The position numbers were made by a program, and so were the translations under genes. Positions 37,446 to 50,437 of a DNA stretch of 64,000 nt are shown here, piece by piece; the stretch's first letter is position 1; each line of letters starts with the position of its first letter. The notes beneath the pieces are model-generated. The model did no database searches and was not told the origin of the DNA. It was given only the letters and a program-made list of their open reading frames with translations. The DNA is from Mobula hypostoma (Eukaryota), in contig NC_086108.1 of assembly GCF_963921235.1 (NCBI RefSeq), positions 89,406,001 to 89,470,000 on the forward strand, read 5' to 3'.

Positions 37446-38149
37446 TCAGTGATAGGCAAATTGCAGAGGGTCAGGTTTGACTGGAAAGCTGGAGTTGATG
37501 CATGCCACAACCAGGATGTCATGAGGGTAGATGTTATAACCACTGGGTAGTCATTAGGTAGTTATCTAGTTTTTCTTGGTTAGTCGGATGATAGTAACCT
37601 TTGTAAAATAGCAGGGTGTCGCAGCCTGAAGCAGGGAGAGATTAAAAATGCCTGCAATTACCACTACCAACTGATCTGTGCAGGATCTAAGGACACAGCT
37701 AGGGACACCATCCAAGCCCAATGCTTTCCATACGTTCACTCTCTGGCAGACTGATCTTACGTCCTTGATGGTAACTATAGATTCAGATGCACTGGAGGCT
37801 GTTAAGGTGAATGGTGAGATACCCATTCTCTTCTGTTCAAAATGTGCATCGAATGCGTTAAGCTCATCGGGAAGAGATGTGCTGTTGTCAGCAATGCTGC
37901 CCAGCTTCCTTTTGGCAGCTATAGTGTGTAAACACTGCACAGCTGATGGCAGGACTCAGACCCGATGTGGGACTGGCAATGTCTCCCTGCACCTTTGATT
38001 CCTTATAAAGGCCAAGCTCACCTGATTTGAATGCAGTGTACCTACACTTCTGAAGGGTGTGGATTTCCCAGTTCATCCACGAATTCCAGTTTGGATCATC
38101 CGGACTGACCTCTTTGGTACACAGTCCTCACCACTTTTCCTCATAAAGT

Positions 38150-38880
38150 TGCACACTTTCACTCCATCTGCTAAAAGCAGGGTTTCCCAGTGGCCAACTA
38201 TTTTAATTCCAATCTCCATTCCCATTCTGACATGAAGGTTCATGGCCCCCATTACTGCCGTGATGAGGCCACTCTCAGGTTGTAGAAGCAACATGTCATA
38301 TTCTGTCTGGGTAACCTTCAACCTGACGGCATGAACATCAATTTCTCTAAGTTTTGATAATTTTGCCCCTCCCTCTTCTCTCTTATCCCATTCTGGGTCC
38401 CATCTTACCTATTCTCAGCTCCTTACTTGCCTATCACTGCCCCTGGTGCCCCTTCTTCCCTTTCTCCCATGGTCCACTCTCTTCTCCTATCAGGTTCCTT
38501 CTTCTTCAGCCATAAGGTCATAAGAACATAAGATATAGGAGCAGAATTCAGCTGTCTGCCATTTCATCATGGCTGATCCAATTTTCCTCACAGCCCCAAT
38601 CTCCCGCTTTTTCTCCGTATCCCTTCATGTCCTGACCTTTACCTTTAGTACCTATCACCTCCCAGCTTCTCACTTCATCTCCCTTCCTCCACCCACCTAC
38701 ATTCCCTCTCACCTGGCTTCCCCTATCACCTTCTAATGAGTGCTCCTTTCCCTCCCCCCACCTCCTGATTATGGCTTCTTCTCCCTTCTTTTCCAGTCCT
38801 GATGAAGGATCTTAGCTGTTAATTCCTTTCCGTAGATGCTGCCTGTCCTGCTGAGTTACTCCAGCATTTTGTATGTGTTA
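38150..38880 (+). mobile_element. Penelope-like 3' fragment (older subfamily) with a CR1 tail insert at ~38512-38637
   Basis: GIY-YIG C-terminal coding (LGNLQPDGMNINFS), pyrimidine tract, CAGTCCTGATGAAGG and terminal GATGCTGCC..CCAGCATTTTG. Confidence 0.8.
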
Positions 38881-40086
38881 CTTATCTAGGATGACAGCTG
38901 ACTTTTTGAACATAGACCAGTATACCAACTCAATGCAGTCATGTAGAATCTCATCTGTTTCCTTAGACCAACACTGTATGACTTTCTGCACGTTTCATGT
39001 TTCGGTTTCTGTTTGTATGTAGGGAGTAGAAGCACAGCCTGGTGGTCTAATTTACCAAGGTGTTGACGTGGATGAAAAGGTAAGCATCTTTGATGGTTAC
39101 AGAGCAATGATCAAGGGTGTTTAGGCCCATACTGATAGTACTTGGTAACACACGCTTGAAGTTGGCCTTGATGAAGCCACCAGCAATGATGAAAAGAGCC
39201 TTTGGGTATCCTGTTCAGGGCTATTGATAATAGAGTATATTCCATTAAGTGCAGCATTTGTGTCTGTCTAAGGTGGGATGTAAACTGTTGTCAGAATAGT
39301 TGAAGTGAACTGCCATGGTAGGTAATATGGATGACACTTCGCCACAACAGATTCCAAGGTGAGTGAGAAGGAAGTCAGCACACCTTTCACATCTGAGCAT
39401 CACAAGGAGTTAGTTAAGAAGCAGACTATTCATCTTATACTTTTGTCCAAGGATGCCACAGTTAGCTGTTTAAGACCATAAGACCACAAGATGTAGGAGC
39501 AGAATTATGCATTTACCAAGTCAAAGCCATCATATAGAATCTCATCTGTTTCTGCTCCACCATTTCTCATGGCGGATCCAGTTTTCCTCTCAGCCCCGGT
39601 CTCCTGTCTCCCTTGGTATCTGTTCATGCTCTGACCAATCAAAAATATATCAACCTCTGCCTTAAATATACATAAAGATGTCCTCCACAGCAAAGAATTC
39701 CACAGAATCACCACTCCCTGGCTAAAGAATTTCCCCCTCATTTTCATTCTAAAAGGACGCCCCTCTATTCTGAGGCTGTGTCCTCTGGTCTTAGACTCTC
39801 TCACCATAGGAAACATCCTCTCCACATTCACGCTATCAAGGCCTCTCACCATTCGATAGTTTTCAATGTGGTCACCACTCATTGTTCTGAATTCCAGTAA
39901 ATACAGGCCCAGAGCCATCAAATGCTCTTCATATGACAAGCCATTCAATCCTGGAATAATTTTTGTTAAACTCTTTTGAACCATCTCCAGTTTCCCCACA
40001 TAATTTCTAAGACAAGGGGCCTAATCCTGCTCACAATATTCCAAGTGAGGCCTCACCAGTGCTTTATAAAATTTCAACATTACATC

Positions 40087-41030
40087 TTCAGTAAGGGCCT
40101 CACCTTTGTCCCCCTGCGTCCACACCTCAGTGAGTTCCGCACTCGCCGTGACACTGAGCTCTCCTTTCCCTCCCACTTTTGCTTTCCATAGGGATCGCTC
40201 CCAATGTGACTCCCTTGTCCATTCGTCCCTCCCCACTGATCTCCCTCCTGGCACTTATCCTTGCAGTGGAACAAGTGCTACACCTGCCCCTACAATTCCT
40301 CCCTCACTACCATTCAGGGCCCTAAACAGACCTTCCAGGTGAGGCGACACTTCACCTGTGAGTCTTATTTACTGTGCTTGGTGCTCCCAATGTGGCCTCC
40401 TATAAATCGGTGATACCCGACATAGATTGGGAGAGCACTTCGCCAAGTACCTACGCTCCATCTACCAGAACAAGCATGATCTCCCAATGGCCACCCATTT
40501 TAATTCCATTTCCCATTCCCATTCCGATATGTCCATCCATGGCCTCCTCTCCTGAGTTGATGAAGCCACACTTAGGTTGCAGGAACAACACCTTATATTC
40601 CATTTGGGTAGCCTCCAACCTGATGGCAAGTACAAACAGTACATCAATTTCTCCAAATTCTGGTAATGCCCCCCCACCCCCTCCCATTTCCCATCCTCTT
40701 TTCCCTCCCTCACCTTATCTCCTTGCCCACCCATCAACTCCCCCCCTTTTTCTTTCTTCCATGGCCTTCTGTCTCCTTCACCAATCAACTTCCCAGCTCT
40801 TTACTTCATCCTTCCCCCTTGAGGTTTCACCTATCACCTGGTGATTCGCTCTTCCCTCCCTCCACCTTTTAAATCTACTCCTCAGCTTTTTTTCACCAGT
40901 CCTGCTGAAGAGTTTCATCCCGAATGTCGACTGTACTTTTTTCCACAGATGCTGCCTGACCTGCTGAGTTCCTCCAGCATTTTGTGTGTGTTGTTTGGAT
41001 TTCCAGCATCTGCAGATTTTCTCTTGTTTT
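40087..41030 (+). mobile_element. Internally deleted Penelope-like element
   Basis: SKGLTFVPLRPHLSEFR joined directly to the C-terminal/GIY-YIG region. Full terminal CCAGCATCTGCAGATTTTCTCTTGTT. Confidence 0.88.
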
Positions 41031-42682
41031 TGATCCTTGCATTTATATTCCAGTCCTCTTGAATTTAATGCTAACATTGCAATTGCCTTCCTCATTACAG
41101 AATCAACCTGCAAATTAATTTTTAGGGAATCCTGCACTCCCAAGTCCCTTTACAGCTCAGTTTTTTCTATTTGCTGTCCATTTAGAAAATAGTCATCCCT
41201 TCAAGATCTTCTGTGAAATTTCATGACCATACACTTCCACACATGGAATTCCTTCTGCCATTTCTTTGCCTAGTCTCCTAATCTGTCTAAGTCATTCTGC
41301 AGCCTCTCTACTTCCTCAAAACTACCTGCCCCTCCACCTATCTTCGTATCGTCTGCAAACTTTGCAACAAAGTCATTAACTCCATCATCCAAATCATTGA
41401 TATATAATGTATAAAGAATCAGTCCAAACATAGATCCCTGTGGAACATCACCAGTCACTGACAGCCAGCCAGAAAAGGCTCCCTTTTTTTTTTACCAAGC
41501 TTTTCCTCCTGAAAATCAGCCACTATTTTAACTGTGCTAGAATCTTTCCTGTAATAACATGGGGTTGTAACTTGTCAAGCAGCCTCATATGTGGCACCTT
41601 CTCAAAGGCCTTCTGACAATCCAAGTACATAACATCAACCGATTCATCTTTGTCTATCCTGCTTGTTGTTTCTTCAAAGAATTCCAACAGATTTGTCAGG
41701 CAAGATTTTCCTTTGAGGAAACCATATTAACTATTGTCTATTTTATCATGTGCTCCTAAGTACCCTGAAACATAATCCTTAATAATTTGACTCCAACATC
41801 TTCCCCACTACTGAAGCCAAACTAACTGGCCTATAGTTTCGTTGCTTCTGCCTCTCTCCCTTCTTGAAAAGCAGAGTAACATTTGCAAATTTCCAGACTT
41901 CCAGAAACATTCTGGAATCTAATGATTTTTGAAAGATCATTCCCAGTGCCTCCACGATCTCTTCAGCCACATCTTTCAGTAGTCTGGGGTGTACAACATC
42001 TGGTCCAGGTGACTTATCTACCTTCATACTTTCAGTTTACCAAGAACCTTCTCTCTAGTTATAGTAATTTTACACCCTTCATGCTTCCTGACAGCTAGAA
42101 CTTCCACCATACTGCTGCTGTGGTAATTGATACAAAATACTTAATCAATTTGTCCGCCATTTCATTGTTCCCCATTACTACCTCACCAGCATTGTTCTCT
42201 GATATCTACTCTTGCCTCCCTTTTATACTCTGTCTATCTGAAGAAACTTTTGGTATCGTCTTTAATATTATTGGCTAGCTTATTTCATATTCCATCTTTA
42301 CCTTCTTAATAACTTTTTAAGTTGCCTTCTGTTGGTATTTGAAAGCTTCCCAAACCACAAAGTTCCCACTAATTTTTGCACTATTATATGTCCTCTCTTT
42401 GGCTTTTATTTTAGCTTTGACTTCTGTTGATAGTCACGATTGTGTCATCTTTCCTTTACAGTATTTCTTCTGTTTGGGATGTATGTATCGTGTGCGTTCT
42501 GAATTGCTTCCAGAAATTCCAGCCATTGCTGCTCTGCTGTCATTCCTGCCAGTGTCCTTTTCCAATCAATTCTGGCCAACTCCTCTCTCATGCCTCTGTA
42601 ATTTCCTTTAATCCACTGTAATACAGATACATCTGACTTTTGGCTTCTCCTTCTCAAATTTTGGGGTGAATTTGATCATATT

Positions 42683-42913
42683 TGATTGTCTGTGGAATTT
42701 GTTGCCACGGGTGGCAGTGGAGATCAAGTCATTGGGTGTATTTAAGGCAAAGATTGATAGGTATCTGAGTAGCCAGGGCATCAAATGTTATGGTGAGAAG
42801 GCGGGGGAGTGGGACTAAATGGGAGATTGGATCAGCTCATGAGAGAATGGCAGAGGAGACTCGATGAGCCGAATGACTGACTTCTGCTCCTTTGTCTTAT
42901 GGTCTTATGGTCT
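42683..42913 (+). mobile_element. CR1 3' tail fragment
   Basis: LWNLLPRVAVE coding end with a (TCTTATGG)n tail. Confidence 0.8.
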
Positions 42914-43324
42914 AATATTATGATCAATTGTCCCTAAGGGTTCTCTTATCTTAAGGTATCTAATCAATTCTTGTTCATTGTGCAACACCCGATCCAGAAT
43001 TGCTCTAAAAAGCCATCTCGTAGGGACTCTAGAAATTCCACCTCCCGTAATCCATCATCAATCTGATTTTCCCAATCTACCTGCATATTGAAGTCCCCCG
43101 TAACTACTGTAATATTGCCCTTTTGGCATGGATTTTCTATCCCCTGTTGTAATTTGTAGGCCACATCCTTACTGCTGTCTGGGGTTCTGCATACAACTCC
43201 CATCAGGTTCTTTTTAACTGTCCAGCTCCTTAGCTCTACCCACAATGATTCGACACCTTCTGACCCTATGTCACCTCTTTCTCATGATTTGATTTTATTT
43301 TTTACCAATAGGTCAATGCTGCCC

Positions 43325-44733
43325 CATAATGTGAGCTGCCTCAATGACTGTCGCCCAGTAGCACTCACATCTACAGTGATGAAATGCTTTGAGAGGTTGG
43401 TCATGACTAGACTGAACTCCTGCCTCAGCAAGGACCTGGACTCATTGCAAATTGCCTATCGCCGCAATAGGTCAACAGCAGATACAATCTCAATGGCTCT
43501 TCACATGGCTTTAGACAACCTGGACAAAACAAGCACCTACGTCAGGATGCTGTTGATCGACAATAACTCAGCATTTAATACCATCGTTCACACAATCCTG
43601 ATTGAGAAGTTGCAGAACCCGGACTTCTGTACCTCCCTATGCAATTGGATCCTCAACTTCCTAACTGGAAGACCGCAATCTGTGTGGATTGGGGATAACA
43701 TCTCCTCCTACCTGACAATCAACATTGGTGCACCTCAGGGGTGTGTGCTTAGCTCACTGCTCTACTGTCCAAATACCCATGACTGTGTGGCTAGACATAG
43801 CTCGAATACTATCTATAAATTTACTGATACAACCATTGTTGGTAGAATCTCAGGTGGTGATAAGAGGGCATACAGGAGTGAAATATGCCAACTAGTGGAG
43901 TTGTGTTGCAGCAACAACCTGGCACTCAACGTCAGCAAGATGAAAGAGCTGTTTGTGGACTTCAGAAAGGGTAAGACGAAGGAGCACATACTAATCCTCA
44001 TAGAGGGATCAGAAGAGAAGAGAGTGAGCAGTTTCAAGTTCCCGGGTGTCAAGATCTCTCAGGAGCTAACCTTGTCCCAAAATATCGATGCAGTTATAAA
44101 GAAGGTAAGACAGCAGCTATACTTCATTAGGAGTTTGAAGAGATTTGGCATGTCAACAAATACACTCAAAACTTCTATTGATGTACTGCCGAGAGCATTC
44201 TGACAGGCTGCATCACTGTCTGGTATTGTGGTTGGGGGGGGGTGCTACTGCACAGGTCTGAAAGAAGCTGCAGAGGGTTGTAAATTCAGTCGGCTCCATC
44301 TTGGGTACTAGCCTACAAAGTACCCAGGACATCTTCAAGAAGCGGTGTCTCAGAAAGGCAGCGTCCAGTATTAAGGGCCTCCAGCACCCAGGGCATGCCC
44401 TTTCCTCACTGTTACCATCAGGTAGGAGGTACAGAAGCCTGAAGGCACACACTCAGCAATTCAGGAACAGCTTCTTCTCCTTGGCCATCCGATTCCTAAA
44501 TGGACATTGAACCCTAAAATACTACCTCACTTTTTAATATATATTATTTCTGTTTTTTGCACTTTTTTAATCTATTCAATATACATATACTATAATTGAT
44601 TTACTTATTTATTTATTATTATTATTTTATTTTGTTTTTTTTCTTCTATATTATGTATTGCATTGAATTGCTGCTGCTAAGATAACAAATTTCACGTCAC
44701 ATGCCAATGATAATAAACCTGATTCTGATTCTG
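43325..44733 (+). mobile_element. Rex1/Babar LINE 3' half with a long open RT frame (ORF 43268-44203)
   Basis: [28 protein letters not shown] and GAPQGCVLS motifs; the catalytic ADD is reduced to FTDT; (CTGATT)n tail. Confidence 0.92.
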
Positions 44734-44745
44734 AATCTTATTCTA

Positions 44746-45623
44746 AAATGATGAAGCTATGTACAGGGAGGAGGTCAAACACCTAGAGAGCTGGTGCAGG
44801 GATAACAACTTGATGCTTAATGTCACCAAAACCAAGGAGATGATCGTCGATTTCAGACGGTCTCAGCCTGAGCACACACCCCTCAGCATCAGCGGCTCCA
44901 CAGTGGAGAGAGTGGAAAACATCAAGTTCCTTGGGGTGCAGATCTCGGACAATCTCACCTGGTCCAGGAACACCACTGGGATTGTGAAACGGGCCCAGCA
45001 GAAATTGCACTTTCTGAGGAAGCTTAAACAAGCATCACTCCTCACTAACATCTTAACTACATTCTACAGAGGCATGGTTGAGAGTGTGCTGACCTTTTAC
45101 GTCACAACCTGGTACTCCAGCTGCAGTGCTGTTGACAAAAAAAGCCTTGCAGAGGGTGGTTAGGGAAGCAGAGAAGGTTATTGGGGTCTCCCTATCTTCT
45201 GACCAAGACCTCTTTCAGAGTCGATGCCTCCAGAAGACACGGTACATCAGTAAAGACTCCTCACACCCTCTCCATGAACTGTTTGTTCTTCTGCCATCAG
45301 GCAAATGTTACAGGAGCATCAAAACTAAAACCACAAGGCTACTAAACAGCTTCCTCCCACAGGCAGTCAGACTGCTAAATAGCTGCTCCACCTGACTCTG
45401 CTTTGGACACTTTTAACTTGCACTGGACACTTATAACTGATTTTAACTGACATGTGGCTGTTGTGTTTTACTATTTATTGTTACGTTTATTATTTGGTGT
45501 TGCATTTGTTATGTTATGATTACACTGCCCCTGAGAAGCGCTGTCTCATTCTGCCCTGCAGAGCTAATGTATGGTTAGAATGACAATAAAGTTCTTTGAA
45601 TCTTGAATCTTTGAATCTTTGAA
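44746..45623 (+). mobile_element. Second Rex1/Babar-family 3' fragment
   Basis: YREEVKHLESWCRDNNLMLNVTKTKEMIVDFRR..KFLGV..HPLHELFVLLPSGK with a (TTGAATCT)n tail. Confidence 0.9.
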
Positions 45624-46990
45624 TTCCGTATACTGTACACATTCAGATACAGCGTCTTCACCCTTTTCGATTTTTACCATCTCTTACATTGTAGCTTATC
45701 CTACTGACTGCAAATTTTCCTGGTCAACACATTTTCTCCTTACACATTGCCTCCTTTTGTAAACCAGCTACCTCATCATCAGTACTATTATACACCTTTC
45801 CTAGGGTGCTTCTTGCATTGAAATATAGGCAGCTCAGGGTACTAGTCACACCATGTTCAACTTTTAGATTCTTAACTTTGTCTGAAGTCTTACCAACATC
45901 TGCCTCCACAACTTCTCTGCCAAATGTTCTGCCACTGGCTTCCATCCTCTGCCACTCTAGTTTAAACCCCATCGTGCAGTTTTAAAAACCTTCTCGCCAG
46001 GATATTAGTCTCTCTCCAGTTCAGGCAACTATCCATTCTGTACAGATCTCACCTTCCCTGGAAGAGAGCCCAATGATACAAAAATTTTATGCTCTTCCTC
46101 CTACATCAGCTCCTTAGCCACATATTAAACTGTATATTTTTCCTAGTTCTAGCCACACTAACACATGGCACTGATAGCAACCTTGAGATCATAAACCTGT
46201 AGGTCCTGCCCTTTAACTTAGCACCTAACTCCCTGAACTCCCTATGCAGAACCTCATCACTCATCCTACCCACATCATTGTGGACCATGACTTCTGGTTT
46301 AGTCATCCATGGGTTCCAGATGTAGCAGTAGTGGATTGGATTAATTTGCTAAGTTAATTGTGGGTTCACTTATACACATATCTATTCTATGCAGCCTTGT
46401 CTGTTTAGCACACCTACTGCTCTGTGCTGCAACCTCACCATCTGATACTCCTCATTGAATCAGTGCTGATCCCAGGTATGAACAGATTAGCAGAATAAGG
46501 TCTCTTTGGTGCCATGATGAGACATAATGTGTGGTATAGTCAGAGAGTCCACAGTGCCTCATGGATGTTCAGCTTTGAACTGCTAGAGTTAATCTCAGTC
46601 TGATTCATTTAACATCACACAGGGTATTCTTTACTTTGTTTCCATAGGAACTCTCTCCACAACCCTCTCCACCATCCAGAACTTCTTCAAGAGACGATAC
46701 CTCAAGAAGGTGTTATCCATCGTTAAAGACCCTCACCATCCATGAAATATACTCTTTGCCTTAGGTTAATTGATCAGGCTGGTGTGAAAATCGGTAAGCT
46801 GCTGGGTGTTACAGCTCATTGGGCTGGAAGGGCATTGTATCGCTAAATAAATAAATAAATAAATAATCTGCACCTTTGCTGCTTTTGGTGCTTCTTCCTA
46901 ATTTCGTTCAACAGGGAGAGGATGCCTCCTGTAGTGGGGGGGTATAAGACCATAGGACACAGCTTTAGAATAGAGGGATGTCCCTCTATA

Positions 46991-47866
46991 GAGGTTGTTA
47001 TAGCCGGTGGTGGTAGTGAGGATAAATTCCCACTGCCTATTAAATGCTCCCAATGGTGTGTGTCTCAAATAGCCTCTGACAACCAAGTTCAGCTCCTGGA
47101 CTCCACATGCAGCTTAGCTATTAACCCCAGCAGAAGAGTTTCTACCGACAGGAGAAGGGGAAGAAGTGGGCTTCTGGCACCTTAAAACCAATCACTCCAG
47201 GCAGTCGGGGGTCACCAGTCGTGATTGGCAGCCCCTCTCGGAAAAGGCTTTGGAAATAAACCCAGGGGAGATATCTGGAGCTGGAGTCCCTAAGGCAGTC
47301 CTACATTGAGTTCAAACGCTGACTGGCAACTTTTGCAATGCTGCTGGTGCCAAACTGTACCAGTTCCTTTGGATTCATCAGCTGAGTGGAGTGTGGGAGT
47401 CTGCTACATGGGCAACAGCTTGCTCCCCATATCGTACTGCCCTGGCTTACATACTGGCTTGTGCATCATGTAGACAGCTGGGACACGACATCCATGGTTG
47501 TCCTCGAGCAATGGAGGGCCTGAAGTTGAATCATTGCCACAGAGGTTTGTGGAGACCAAGTCAAAGGGTTCGTCCATCGTCATCGATGAAGACCTCCACA
47601 CCATTAGTACTTTTTATGAGGTTGAGTTGCTAGCTCGACACTCAACCCAGCATGGATGGAAAGTGTGCCCGGCAGCAGCTTGACTGGATTTGAACTTGGG
47701 AATGTTCGCTCTGGAGTCCGGCGCTGATGTCACTGCACCACCAGCCAGCTTGATGGTGTCGAGACTAACGCGTGATTTGGATTTAAGTGAGGGAGAGTTG
47801 CGCAGCGTCAGCCTCACTCTCTCTTCCCAATTCCCATCTGGGTCCAGCGGCAAGACAAGAGTCAAA
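46991..47866. mobile_element. Cluster of SINE/RTE-related non-coding elements inserted in a CR1 3' fragment (46895-46990 and 47867-48040)
   Basis: CR1 coding KTIGHSFRIEG breaks at ~46990 and resumes at ~47867. A minus-strand tRNA-like head lies at ~47680-47750. CpG-rich. Confidence 0.5.
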
Positions 47867-49054
47867 GGGTATACTTAAAGTGGAGGTTGATAAGTTCTTA
47901 CTTAGGAAGGGTGTCAAAGGTGATGAGGAGAAGGCAGGAGAATGGGTTTGAGAGGAATAATAAATCAGCAATGATGGAACGGTGGAGCAGATGCAAGGGG
48001 CAAAATGGCCTAATTCAACATTTATGTCTTATGGCCTAATGGTTTCACTAATTCATCAGCTGAGTGAGGATGGTAGGTGATATTAAGGAAAATGATTCTT
48101 TCCTCATATGTAAATAAAATGTATGAGACTTCACAGGGTCTTCTTCTGGAATGTGTTTATACAAACGTGTTACGACTTCTTGCACATGTATCCTGCTGGT
48201 GGGATAGAGCATGCTCAGGTATTGTGATGGAGGAATCTGGCACATGACCTGCAAGATGTAATTGTGTGGGTATCACTGTGTCAGGCTGCTGCTCGACCAG
48301 TCCACGGAACAGTGGTCTAATCCAGATACTTCAATCCTGATGTACCCGGCTGGAAACCCGAGAAGAGTTCATGCATCATATACACCAAAAAAGCTCTGGA
48401 TCCTTTTTCACAATCCCGATTGTTTGTAAAGTTGTCTTTACAATGTTGACTGGGCAGGAAGTGACTTTGTTAGGTCTGAATTCAGTGCTTAGGTTGATGT
48501 CAAGAGGTCTCTTGTGTTTTATCCTTTTTCTGCTTTAATTCAGAAGTTATGATGCAGCTACATGGCTTCAGCAGATCCTTCAGTTGGCAATTAAGAGTCC
48601 AACACCTTGCCATAGGTCTGGGCTCAATGCAACGATATATTTCCCTGAAAGACATTAGCGAATCACGTGGGGGTCTGCAACAATCCAAGGGTTTCATGGT
48701 AACAGTTACTAGACCAGTAACTTTATAATTTGTTCCTAAATTCCAGTCTGGTTAAATGCAATTCTAAATCCACAAGCTTTCATAAAGGGACTTGAAATTA
48801 CATCTCTGAATTGTTAGCTAAATAATTTCAGTTTTGCAATGATAGCCTTTGAGGTCATATCGGCAATGACATTACTATTACAGTAAAAAAGCACCACACT
48901 ATTTGTAATCAATTTGGACAGCTTTCTCACCTCAACACTGAATTGATTACACAATCTATGGACTCACTTTCATGAACACTACAATTCCTGTTCTCAGTAT
49001 TTATCTATCGATCTAACTATTTATTTACTTATTTACTTATTTGCTTATTTAAAG

Positions 49055-49240
49055 GTATACCTTTACTCTGGTCCAATGGGCCTACACATATGACCAACTA
49101 ACCTACTAACCAATCCATCTTTGGAACGTGAAAGGAAACCAAAGTACCTGGAAGAAGTCCCCACAGTCACGGAGAGAATATACAAACCCTTAGCCGAGAC
49201 GGGAATTATACCCAGGTCGCTAGCGCTGTAATAGATACAC
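49055..49240 (-). mobile_element. V-domain SINE inside a LINE 3' UTR with (TATT)n/(TATC)n tracts
   Basis: Reverse complement of the TTCTCTCCGTGACTGTGGGG..GGTACTTTGGTTTCCTTTCAC V-domain. Confidence 0.6.
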
Positions 49241-50437
49241 AACTGTGCACCTATCTATCTAATAGCTACGCAATTAACCTATCTATCTATCTATTATTTA
49301 TTTATTTACTTACCTATTGATTTATTTAATCAATTATTTACTTATTTACTTATTATTTTTGTATTTGCCCAGTTTGTCTTCTTATGCACATTGGTCGTTT
49401 CTTAGTCTTTGTGTGTAGCTCTTCATTGATTCTATTGTATTTATTTGTTCTATTGTGAATGTCTGCAAGAAAATGAATACCAGGGCAGTATATTGTAACA
49501 TACATAATTTGACAATAAATTTACTTTGAACTTTGAACTTTGAAACTTGAAGTTTGGTGTTGTGAGTAGTCTATCAGTCAGCATCTTGCTAAATTGCTCA
49601 TTCTCCTCTAATTTTTCCTTTGCCTGTGGTTGCTTCGATTCAGTGTCTGTGTTCAGTTGAGCACAGCCTAAAGCAGATTGCCCAAGACTCCCATTACTGA
49701 CACAGAATATTCAGTTTACCCCACCATCATGTCACAGTTGTGAGTCATCAAGCAATAAGAACAATTACATATCCCAGCGATTCCACTGAAGTGTAAGTAA
49801 CTCCACAGAGACTCGCTGCTCCTCCTGTAATGATGCATCCTCAGAAAGAATGAGGTCCTTTGAAGTGTGCATTTGCAAAAGCACTTATTGTAGGTGAGAA
49901 AAACCCAGAGGACAAAGGAAATAGATAGCAATTAGTCATGGTGAAGTCACGATCTTAGCAATTGCCCTACTCAGTTTTCTTTCACATTGTTGAATCACTG
50001 ATAGGTGAAAGGTTAAAGAGTTAAAGATTTATACTGTAGCTAGGGTACCTAAGACTTTCACTGTATTTGTCAACGTGGAGGGGGGAGAGACTTTATAAAT
50101 CTGTAGGGAATGGTGAGGGTGGAGTACTGCGAGAGGGGTGTGGGACAGCTGGCAGAGAAGGAGTGCCAAAGGCAAGGGGTGGTATGGGTGCAGATATTTC
50201 CAGCCCTGAGTCACCGTGCAAGGTCATTTGATTCCACACAAATGGTTTATCGATCATCACAGAAATGTCTCTCTGGTTTTTCCCTCTCCCTCCCTGTTCC
50301 TTCCTCTTCTCCCAACCACAATTCCCCTCTCAGTCCATGATAGAGAGACACATCAAAATCAGGTTTATCATCACTCACAAATAAGAGAAAATCTGCAAAT
50401 GCTGGAAATCCAAGTGACACACACAAAATGCTGGAAA

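Larger units (their letters stand above)
36310..39465 (-). mobile_element. Long decayed Rex1/Babar LINE (EN-RT) carrying SINE, Penelope and CR1 insertions
   Basis: SLPDELNAF..KALGLDGVPSCVLRSCTDQL..IFNLSL and YTHDC..WCHHNNLSLSINKAKELVINFRK. Confidence 0.82.
39470..46300 (-). mobile_element. Near full-length CR1 LINE fragmented by at least four younger insertions
   Basis: Collinear pieces: 3' tail at 39470, RT (RPHLEYC; QGSMFGLIL..KFADDTK; KSPGPDVVHPRLLK), EN (WVELRS..GDFN) and ORF1 (PEVMVHNDVGRMSDEVLHREF) at 46106-46306. Confidence 0.88.

Noticed and set aside
47060..47140. HDV-like ribozyme in the RTE-related non-coding element
   Set aside because: I could not assign the nested double-pseudoknot helices by eye. 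A descriptor-based search would be needed.
48048..48254. ORF VMCQIPPSQYLSMLYPTSRIHVQEVVTRLYKHIPEEDP as an exon
   Set aside because: Moderate acceptor, no convincing donor and no recognisable homology. The adjacent 48590-48830 looks like an old SINE relic.
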